Shown piece after piece: positions 52,677 through 60,712 of a DNA stretch of 64,000 nucleotides. Under the pieces are notes generated by a model that was given only the letters and a program-made list of their open reading frames with translations, was not told where the DNA came from and made no database searches. The translations under genes were made by a program, and so were the position numbers. Position 1 is the first letter of the stretch. The number at the start of each line of letters is the position of its first letter. Origin of the DNA: Bacteroidota bacterium (GTDB lineage Bacteria > Bacteroidota > Bacteroidia > Bacteroidales > FEN-979); NCBI GenBank assembly GCA_037137455.1, contig JBAXKG010000001.1:64418-128417 (forward strand). The letters are read 5' to 3'.

Positions 52677-55271
52677 ATGATAAAAAACATCCTCAAGGCG
52701 ATAATGATTATTTTGATCGCCACCTCATGCAACGACAACCATTTTATTACCGACAAAGCCTACCGGAAAAAAGTAGAGGCACAGTTTGAATCACAAAAAG
52801 AGTTGGCCAAAAACCGGTCGGAGCAACTATTTGGGGTTTTTGAAAAAGACTTATCGACCCGTGAGAAGGAGGCGCTGAAATTTCTTTATGCTTACAGTTC
52901 ATTGAGCGATCTGGCCGATTATAACGGAGATTTCTTTCTGCAGAATGTCCGTTCTTCATTTGCAGCCAGAGATACTTTCAGCTGGGGAAAAACTGTGCCC
53001 GAGAACCTTTTCCGTCATTTCGTGCTTCCCGTGAGGGTGAATAATGAAAACCTTGACTCATCAAGATGGGTTTTCTTTCTTGAACTGAAGGAGAGGATAA
53101 AGAAACTTCCGATGAAAGAGGCTGTACTTGAAGTCAACCACTGGTGCCACGAAAAGGTGACTTACCGCGCCTCGGATGGGCGTACCTCTTCGCCACTGGC
53201 ATCGGTCAAAACCGCTTATGGCCGCTGTGGTGAAGAATCTACTTTTACGGTGGCCGCTTTACGGGCAGTGGGTATTCCGGCCCGGCAATGTTACACGCCG
53301 CGCTGGGCCCACAGCGATGATAACCATGCCTGGGTTGAAGTTTGGGTTGATGGCAAATGGCATTTCATTGGCGCCTGCGAACCCGATGCCGACCTCGACC
53401 TTGCCTGGTTCACCGCTCCGGCCAAACGGGCCATGTTGGTAAATACCACGGTTTTCGGCGATTATGAAGGGCCTGAAGAGGTATTGCAAAAAGATCGGCT
53501 CTTCACCAGGATCAATGTGCTTGGAAACTATGCCCCGGTGAAAACTGTTTTTGCGCGGATCGTTAATACCAACAATCAAAACCTGGAAAACGCCTCAGTC
53601 GAATTTCAGTTATACAATTATGCCGAATTCTACCCGCTCTATAAAACTGTAACAAGCCGTGATGGCCTCTGTTCATTTACCACCGGGCTTGGCGATCTTT
53701 TAGTGTGGGCTTCCAAAGATGGGAAATATGGTTTTCAAAAACTGGATGTCAGGAAAACCGATACCATCACCATTAAGCTTGACCGTGAACCCGGACAATT
53801 CTTCGAGCTCGAAATCGACCTGGTTCCACCCGCCGTTAATGCAATCAGCAGTTCAGTGAGTGATTCGGCCAAAAAGCGGAATAGCGACCGTTTGGCTTTC
53901 GAAGATAAACTCAGGAGCAGTTATGAGTCCACCTTTATCGACTCTTCAAAATCGACCAGGTTTGCCAAACTGGTAAAAATGGATCCGGATACACTTTGGG
54001 GATTTCTTCAGAAAAGTCGTGGAAACTGGCGTGATCTCACATCTTTCTTTACAGAATGTACACCTGCCGGAAGATCAATGGTTTTCAGGATTTTGGAAAA
54101 TATTTCTGAAAAGGACCTTCGGGATATCGATACCGCAGTGCTCAGCGATCTTGTTATAAATGCCTTGAAATATCCCGCTCTTTCAATAACAAAAGATGAA
54201 TTCGGGAAATATGTTCTTTCGCCACGAGTTGATAATGAATGGCTGCGACCTTACAGGGGCTTTTTTCAGTTGGCATTCGATACGGGACTTATATGCGCAT
54301 CCAGGAAAGATCCGATGAAAGTTGCAGACTGGCTACGTAAAAATTTGATTATCAATAAAATGGCGAACTACAGCCGGGCGCCACTTACTCCGATAGGTGT
54401 TTACGAACTCAAAGTTGCTGATTTACATTCGGCCGATATCTGTTTTGTGTCTGTTTGCCGTAGTTTCGGAATCCCTGCCAGGTTGGATCCATCCACCAAA
54501 GTGCCGCAGTTTTTGAACTTCGGCAAATGGAATGATGTGTATCTCTTCGATAAAAAGGAGAATGCCGGCGCAAAAGGAATCCTGACTCTGACCAATTCGC
54601 CTGCAAACGGCAAGAAACCAGAATACACTACTCACTTTACCGTTGAGGAGTATAAAGATGGCTTTTTCCGTACACTCGATTATGAAGGCAGCCCTTTGGT
54701 TCAGGACTACCCCTGCACGATTGATGTTCCGGCCGGTCCCTGCATGATGGTGACCGGAAACCGCCTCACCGATGGAACTGTGTTATCGAAACTAAAGGTA
54801 TTTGAAGTAAAAGCAGCTGCAAAAAGCAACCAATCTATCGACTTACGCCAAAACAAATTGCCTTTGCCGGAATATGGCAAGATCAACCTGGCGCTTTTCA
54901 GTTTTAAGATCACCAATGGCATTATCATCGCCTGGATCGATCCGGACAAAGAACCCACAAAGCATCTGCTGGCCGACCTCAGGCAAAAAAAGAGTGAATT
55001 CGGACAATGGAAGGGTAAGTTCATCATGGTCTTTTCATCGGAAGAACAAATGAATTCTTTTATTAAAACCGAGGCAGCCTTGCTTCCAAAAAACGTTAGC
55101 TATTTTGTTCAATCCACCTTTCCGGTCAGGCCGGCAGAAATCAATGCCGGTAAAGGAGGAACGAAAAACCTGCCGGTAGTGATCTTTATCAATAATAGAG
55201 GAATGATCAATTATCTGTCGGAAGGATACAAGATCGGAATCTGCGAAGAATTGGTCACTTTGTTTAAATAA
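52677..55271 (+). CDS. Transglutaminase-core (PNGase-like) lipoprotein
   Basis: Lipobox IATSC. The core is YGRCGEESTFTVAALRAVGIPARQCY...DDNHAWVEVWVDGKWHFIGACE. Confidence 0.65.
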   Translation: MIKNILKAIMIILIATSCNDNHFITDKAYRKKVEAQFESQKELAKNRSEQLFGVFEKDLSTREKEALKFLYAYSSLSDLADYNGDFFLQNVRSSFAARDTFSWGKTVPENLFRHFVLPVRVNNENLDSSRWVFFLELKERIKKLPMKEAVLEVNHWCHEKVTYRASDGRTSSPLASVKTAYGRCGEESTFTVAALRAVGIPARQCYTPRWAHSDDNHAWVEVWVDGKWHFIGACEPDADLDLAWFTAPAKRAMLVNTTVFGDYEGPEEVLQKDRLFTRINVLGNYAPVKTVFARIVNTNNQNLENASVEFQLYNYAEFYPLYKTVTSRDGLCSFTTGLGDLLVWASKDGKYGFQKLDVRKTDTITIKLDREPGQFFELEIDLVPPAVNAISSSVSDSAKKRNSDRLAFEDKLRSSYESTFIDSSKSTRFAKLVKMDPDTLWGFLQKSRGNWRDLTSFFTECTPAGRSMVFRILENISEKDLRDIDTAVLSDLVINALKYPALSITKDEFGKYVLSPRVDNEWLRPYRGFFQLAFDTGLICASRKDPMKVADWLRKNLIINKMANYSRAPLTPIGVYELKVADLHSADICFVSVCRSFGIPARLDPSTKVPQFLNFGKWNDVYLFDKKENAGAKGILTLTNSPANGKKPEYTTHFTVEEYKDGFFRTLDYEGSPLVQDYPCTIDVPAGPCMMVTGNRLTDGTVLSKLKVFEVKAAAKSNQSIDLRQNKLPLPEYGKINLALFSFKITNGIIIAWIDPDKEPTKHLLADLRQKKSEFGQWKGKFIMVFSSEEQMNSFIKTEAALLPKNVSYFVQSTFPVRPAEINAGKGGTKNLPVVIFINNRGMINYLSEGYKIGICEELVTLFK

Positions 55272-55424
55272 TCAAATTCACTGATAACTTTTCATCACAT
55301 ATGGTCAAAACTTGATTATTTTCGTAAATTGCAGATGAAAAACGCAACATTCCTTAAAGAAAAATAATAGGGAAGATCGAAAATCCAGCATCAAAAGAGT
55401 AGATAATATGTTAATATCCTTATC

Positions 55425-56240
55425 ATGAAAAGCAGCTTTAAAAAACTAAAAAAACTGTTTGGTGTTTCTGTTTCGGAACCGTTGACTTCAACCGAAACTT
55501 CTCCAAATCCAATTCTTGACTCAAATTCAGAAACCATCAAATCTTCAGTTCTGAAACCCACCATCGAATGGGTAGAAATTCCGGCAGGCACTTTTATGAT
55601 GGGAAGCTCCACTGGTGAAGCAGAGAGGAAAGCCAATGAAGTTCAACACGAGGTAACGTTGAGTTCATTTAAAATGAGCAAATACGAAATTACTTTTGAG
55701 CAGTACGATATTTTTTGCGAAGCCACCGGAAAAGAAAAACCGTTTGATGCAGGCTGGGGACGAAAAAATCGTCCGGTAATAAATGTCAGCTGGCATGATG
55801 CCAAAGCCTTTGCCGATTGGATGGGTTGCCGGTTACCCACAGAGGCAGAGTGGGAATATGCCTGCCGTGCCGGAACAACAACTCCATTCAATACAGGCGA
55901 AAACCTCACTACTTCGCAAGCTAATTATAATGGAAACTTCCCATACAACAATAATCCAAAAGGAGAATACAGGGAAAAAACAATTCAGGTGGGCAGCTTT
56001 GCTCCCAATGCCTGGAATTTATTCGATATGCATGGCAACATTTGGGAATGGTGCAACGACTGGTATGGCGATTATCCCACAACGGAGCAAACAAATCCAA
56101 AAGGCCCTGAATCAGGGTCGTTCCGGGTTTTTCGTGGTGGCGGCTGGCGCAACTACGCGCAGCTTTGCAGATCGGCCTTCCGTTTCAACTACTTTCCCGA
56201 CTACCGCCACTTCAACATAGGCTTGCGATTGGTTTCTTAG
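55425..56240 (+). CDS. Formylglycine-generating enzyme (SUMF1/FGE) family protein
   Basis: Motifs VNVSWHDAKAFADWMGCRLPTEAEWEYACRAG, GNIWEWCNDWY, RGGGW and GLRLV. Confidence 0.85.
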   Translation: MKSSFKKLKKLFGVSVSEPLTSTETSPNPILDSNSETIKSSVLKPTIEWVEIPAGTFMMGSSTGEAERKANEVQHEVTLSSFKMSKYEITFEQYDIFCEATGKEKPFDAGWGRKNRPVINVSWHDAKAFADWMGCRLPTEAEWEYACRAGTTTPFNTGENLTTSQANYNGNFPYNNNPKGEYREKTIQVGSFAPNAWNLFDMHGNIWEWCNDWYGDYPTTEQTNPKGPESGSFRVFRGGGWRNYAQLCRSAFRFNYFPDYRHFNIGLRLVS

Positions 56241-56502
56241 TTCGAAAGAGATGCGGATTTTTTCAGTTGATTTTGCTGAAATATGATAAAAATATGGGAT
56301 ATTTAAGAACTATGAAAAACATTAAAAAATGAAATCTACCGGCAAACCGAAACTATTTACAACCACCCGCTTAAGGTACGATGTGAATCGCACGGAACTA
56401 TTGATCGCCGTGTCAGCTATGGTATTTCCCGAACCAGTACAAGTGCTGAAATCACGACAGGAATTGCAATGAATCGAAGGCAAACTTTTACTGTTGGCTG
56501 CT

Positions 56503-56510
56503 TAGGTTTG
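56503..56510 (+). promoter_or_regulatory. -7 promoter box (TAGGTTTG) for the MFS/B12-sensor/kinase operon
   Basis: Matches TAnnTTTG, 15 nt before the ATG at 56526. Confidence 0.35.
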
Positions 56511-56525
56511 TAATCTTAAACCACC

Positions 56526-57896
56526 ATGGACCATCATAAAAAAAATATAAGGATCCTGTTGTTGCTGTTTGTAGGTGTACTCATGAGCGCACTCGACATT
56601 TCCATCGTCGGGCCTGCTATTCCTGCTATTGAAAAATCGATGCAGATCCACGGAGGCGACCTCAGCTGGATCTTTTCTATCTATGTGCTGTTTTACCTGT
56701 TCGGGATTCCCGTGATGACAAAATTGTCTGATATCCATGGCCGCCGGTTAATATACATTGCATCGGTTTCCATTTTTGGAATAGGATCAGGATTGGTTTC
56801 AATATCGCATGATATAACGCTTCTCCTTATCGGACGAGCTATCCAGGGATTCGGAGCAAGCGGTATTTTCCCCATCGCTACTGCTACCATCGGGGATGTG
56901 TTCCCTATTGAAAAGCGCGGAAGGGCCTTAGGAATCCTCGGTGCAGTATTCGGTATCTCATTTATTTTAGGGCCATTAATTGCAGGATCACTGCTGCTGT
57001 ACTTTAATTGGAGTGCTCTCTTCCTTATCAACCTGCCAGTTGCCGCTATTCTGATCATTTTTGCATTCAGGCTGCTGCCCGGAAAGACCCCAGGGGAAAA
57101 ACCGTTGATCGATTGGGCAGGAATCATAATGCTGGTAATTGTACTGTCATGTTTTACCCTGGGGTTGAACAATATTGATGTAGGGAATGTCGCGGCAAGC
57201 CTTGGATCATGGTCAGTGCTGCCTTTCCTTTTGACAGTGATGCTATTGACGCCGTTGCTGATAATTTATGAACGGACGCAAGAAAATTCCATTCTCAACA
57301 TTAAACTATTTAAGTCCCCCCAGATCCGTTTGGTCGGGGTTATCTCCTTTGGACTTGGATTGTTCCAGTCAAGCGTTGTTTTCCTTCCGAAATTGGCCGT
57401 AGAACTCTTCAATGTTGAACCTTCAAAGGCCAGCTTTATGTTACTTCCTCTGGTGATATCAACAGCCATCATTCCTCCGGTAAGTGGCCGGCTTCTCGAC
57501 AAGGTCGGTTCACGGGTAATCGTTTTCTCCGGACTTATCATCGCAGTTGTGGCTCTAATTCTTTTCAGCATGTTGTCGAAAGATATCACCCTCTTTTATA
57601 TCGCTGAGGTTGGTCTCGGTTTCGGGCTGGCAATACGCGCATCTCTCAAATACATAGTGCTCAACGAAAGTGAAGTCAAAGACCGTGCGGCTACCCTGGG
57701 GATGCTGATTATTTTTATATCGGTGGGGCAACTTACCGGAGCCGCGCTGATAGGAGTAATTGCAGCCGGCTCGCCGAATGGACCATCCGGTTTCGGATAC
57801 GCTTTTCTCGTCTTGACAGCTCTCACATCATTTCTGGTGTTGCTATCAATATTCTTAAAGAGAAGAAAGGATGAAATACCGGAAGTTAATGGTTGA
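56526..57896 (+). CDS. MFS transporter (about 14 TM segments, drug:H+ antiporter-like)
   Basis: 456 aa. Contains the MFS motif GRRLIYIASVSIFGIGS and multiple TM helices. Confidence 0.8.
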   Translation: MDHHKKNIRILLLLFVGVLMSALDISIVGPAIPAIEKSMQIHGGDLSWIFSIYVLFYLFGIPVMTKLSDIHGRRLIYIASVSIFGIGSGLVSISHDITLLLIGRAIQGFGASGIFPIATATIGDVFPIEKRGRALGILGAVFGISFILGPLIAGSLLLYFNWSALFLINLPVAAILIIFAFRLLPGKTPGEKPLIDWAGIIMLVIVLSCFTLGLNNIDVGNVAASLGSWSVLPFLLTVMLLTPLLIIYERTQENSILNIKLFKSPQIRLVGVISFGLGLFQSSVVFLPKLAVELFNVEPSKASFMLLPLVISTAIIPPVSGRLLDKVGSRVIVFSGLIIAVVALILFSMLSKDITLFYIAEVGLGFGLAIRASLKYIVLNESEVKDRAATLGMLIIFISVGQLTGAALIGVIAAGSPNGPSGFGYAFLVLTALTSFLVLLSIFLKRRKDEIPEVNG

Positions 57897-57940
57897 ATAA
57901 ACTGTATATTTGTTTGAAAATCAAACATAATTTCGCATCC

Positions 57941-58414
57941 ATGAATTTGAAAGTTTTAATCCTGATCTGTTTTCTTATTGCCAGCTGGTCAGGGTTGGCA
58001 CAAACAACGCGGATTACAAATTTTGATGATCTGATGGCAAATCTCAATGCCGGGGAACAAATACGGGTGGTTATTCATTATGCCCTTTGTAAATGGTCTC
58101 CTGAGCAGGCAGAGCAATCTCCTGTTCCGGATGCAATAACAGGGATGGATATCGACACTTATGAATATTTTGCTCCGGGTGCAGTGCATAACAAATTTGC
58201 TTTTGTTGTATTTGCAAATTCGAAACTTATTATGAACCCTGTCGGAAAAGGGTTCGTTTACAATTACGGAAAAGTCAGAATTAATGCCGACAATACCGTG
58301 CAGGTTACGGCTAAATATATTCATCCAAAGAATTTCAATGTGAAAATGAATGAATCTTTCAGCTGTAAATTGAATGATGGAACAAATAATGAAGGAATTA
58401 ACCTGTTTAAATAA
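57941..58414 (+). CDS. Small secreted protein of unknown function
   Basis: The start was set to MNLKVLILICFLIASWSGLAQ (signal peptide). I recognise no motif. Confidence 0.45.
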   Translation: MNLKVLILICFLIASWSGLAQTTRITNFDDLMANLNAGEQIRVVIHYALCKWSPEQAEQSPVPDAITGMDIDTYEYFAPGAVHNKFAFVVFANSKLIMNPVGKGFVYNYGKVRINADNTVQVTAKYIHPKNFNVKMNESFSCKLNDGTNNEGINLFK

Positions 58415-58422
58415 TCTGAATA

Positions 58423-59481
58423 ATGGAAATAAATGATTTTTTAAGTAAGAAAATATTGGGGTTTAAATCTACTCTTCCGGCAATGATCCTTGCTGACCAT
58501 TTTAGCATGCGACCAGATATGGCAAGGAATTATAGTGAACACCAGAAAGAAAAATTCCAGAAAGACGTTGCCTGGATCCTTTCATTCCTTGCCCAGTCGG
58601 TATGGGCAGGACAACCTGTTCTTTTTGAAGAGTTTGCATCGTGGCTTAAAACTTTCCTCACCTCTGTAAAGGTTCCAATGAAGGATGTTGCTGAAAGTCT
58701 TGAATTGATAAAAAAAAGGATTAACCAAGAATGTACTGCAGAGGAGAACGAACTAATTAACCCACTCCTTGACAAGGCAATCAGACTGATTTTGACTGAA
58801 GGTCAAAAATTATCTCTTCCGGCCTTGGATAACCATCTCACCACACTGGCACAGAATTACCTTGAAAGCCTGCTCACAGGAAACCGGAGTAATGCTTTAT
58901 CAATAATTATGAACGAGGTAGCTGCCGGCATTCCCGTGAGGGATATGTACCTTCAGGTATTTCAACCGGTTCAATATGAAATTGGTCGTTTGTGGCAAAC
59001 CAACCGGATAAGTGTGGCACAGGAGCATTACTGCACCGGAGCCACTCAATTGGTTATGTCGCAGCTTTACCCCTATTTGTTTACAGGCGAAAAGAAAGAC
59101 CGTAAAATGGTAACCACATGCGTACCAGGTGAATTGCATGAAATGGGGGCTCGCATGGTAACCGATTTTTTTGAGATGCATGGATGGGACACATATTATC
59201 TTGGTGCAAATATGCCTATTGAAGGAGTAATAAACTTTCTTATTGATATAAAACCCCGGTTCCTGGCAATCTCGGCAACTATGACTTTTCATGTCAGCGC
59301 CGTTGAAGAGATGATTTCCCGAATCAGGTCTGCCACCGGCATCCCATCAGATTTAAAGATCATGGTAGGAGGTTATCCATTCAAAGTAGCCGAAGGGCTG
59401 TGGAAACGTGTTGGAGCAGATGGATATGCCCTTGACGCTTTGGAGGCAGTCGATTTGGCAGATAAATTATTAGCAGCCTGA
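58423..59481 (+). CDS. Cobalamin-binding protein with a CarH-type photoreceptor module (four-helix bundle plus Rossmann B12-binding domain) and an unknown helical N-terminal domain
   Basis: Wx9EH motif in GRLWQTNRISVAQEHYCT. Lower-ligand motif ExHxxG in VPGELHEMGARMV. B12-binding fold LAISATMTFHV...IMVGGYPF. I see no MerR-type HTH. Confidence 0.7.
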   Translation: MEINDFLSKKILGFKSTLPAMILADHFSMRPDMARNYSEHQKEKFQKDVAWILSFLAQSVWAGQPVLFEEFASWLKTFLTSVKVPMKDVAESLELIKKRINQECTAEENELINPLLDKAIRLILTEGQKLSLPALDNHLTTLAQNYLESLLTGNRSNALSIIMNEVAAGIPVRDMYLQVFQPVQYEIGRLWQTNRISVAQEHYCTGATQLVMSQLYPYLFTGEKKDRKMVTTCVPGELHEMGARMVTDFFEMHGWDTYYLGANMPIEGVINFLIDIKPRFLAISATMTFHVSAVEEMISRIRSATGIPSDLKIMVGGYPFKVAEGLWKRVGADGYALDALEAVDLADKLLAA

Positions 59482-59486
59482 TCGTT

Positions 59487-60680
59487 ATGGAAATATTAGA
59501 AAAGCGATTCTCCGTTTTGTGTGACCTGGAAGGCCGCGTTGTTCAGGTACTTGATGATGAGTACCAGGTGCTCTCCTCTTCGATATTAGGGAATATGATC
59601 TTTTCGAGCGTGGTTCCAAGTGATCTGGATAAAATCATCAATTTTTATCTCGAACTAAAGGAAAAAGGAACGGCAATTGGCTGGCAGATAAATGTTTCCA
59701 CACCGAAAGGGGCGGAAACATTCTCTTTTTTTGGAGGAATCTTTGATAACCGTATTGGTATCGCAGCTGCCACCACAAAAAACGGAGCCCAGTTATTGTT
59801 TGCCGAACTTACAAGAATCAACAATGAACAAACCAATATTATCAGGGCTGCAGCAAAAGTGAACGCGAAACTCCAATACGATCACTTGGAGCCTGGTGTA
59901 TCATATTACGAAGAGCTGAGTCGTTTGAACAACGAACTGGTTAACATTCAGCGCGAACTGTCAAAAAAGAACCGGGAACTTGATGAATTAAATAAACTTA
60001 AAAATCAGTTTCTTGGGATAGCCGCGCATGATCTTCGCAATCCGATTGGAGTTATACTTGGCTATTCGGAACTCATGCTCGATAAACATGGCCCTCCCAA
60101 TCCTGAAGAGCAAACCGAACTGATTCAGCGAATTTACAAAACCGGTACATTTATGCTTGGCTTGGTAAATGACCTTTTGGACATTGCCAACATTGAATCG
60201 GGGCAGCTGGAGCTTAACTTATCCGAACAGGATATTGGTCAGGTTATCAGCGAAGTTATTCAGATGAATGAAATCTTTGCCCGGGCCAAGTCGATGGAAA
60301 TTGTATTCGACAGACCATCGATACCGGTCATGGCCTTGATAGACCGTCCAAAAATCGAACAGGTAATTACAAATTTGTTGTCAAATGCTATTAAATACTC
60401 ATTCCCCCAAACAAGGATTATCATCCGTTTGGAGATTGAAGGCCTATCAGCCAGAATATCGGTTCAGGATCAGGGCCAGGGAATCAGGGAAGAGGAGTTG
60501 AATAAGCTATTCAAGCAATTTCAAAAAACTTCCACACGGTCCACCGGCGGTGAGAAGAGTACCGGGTTGGGACTGTTAATTGTGAAAAAAATTGTGGAGG
60601 CGCACCAGGGTAATTTCGGTGTAAAAAGCAAATTTGGAGAAGGGTCTCTATTTTTCTTCACTATACCGGTTATATCCTGA
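59487..60680 (+). CDS. Soluble sensor histidine kinase (PAS-like N-terminus, coiled coil, HisKA, HATPase_c)
   Basis: H-box FLGIAAHDLRNPI, N-box LLSNAIKYS, G1 DQGQGI, G2 GLGLLIVKK. No TM segment. It starts 5 nt after the B12-protein stop. Confidence 0.9.
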   Translation: MEILEKRFSVLCDLEGRVVQVLDDEYQVLSSSILGNMIFSSVVPSDLDKIINFYLELKEKGTAIGWQINVSTPKGAETFSFFGGIFDNRIGIAAATTKNGAQLLFAELTRINNEQTNIIRAAAKVNAKLQYDHLEPGVSYYEELSRLNNELVNIQRELSKKNRELDELNKLKNQFLGIAAHDLRNPIGVILGYSELMLDKHGPPNPEEQTELIQRIYKTGTFMLGLVNDLLDIANIESGQLELNLSEQDIGQVISEVIQMNEIFARAKSMEIVFDRPSIPVMALIDRPKIEQVITNLLSNAIKYSFPQTRIIIRLEIEGLSARISVQDQGQGIREEELNKLFKQFQKTSTRSTGGEKSTGLGLLIVKKIVEAHQGNFGVKSKFGEGSLFFFTIPVIS

Positions 60681-60712
60681 TATGCTGAAGTTGACCGGGA
60701 AATTTGCAACGC

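Noticed and set aside
56329-56472. A 47-aa ORF (MKSTGKPKLFTTTRLRYDVNRTELLIAVSAMVFPEPVQVLKSRQELQ) in the gap before the MFS gene
   Set aside because: It has no recognisable motif, no promoter box in front and no hydrophobic or signal features. It could be a gene remnant but cannot be supported from sequence alone.
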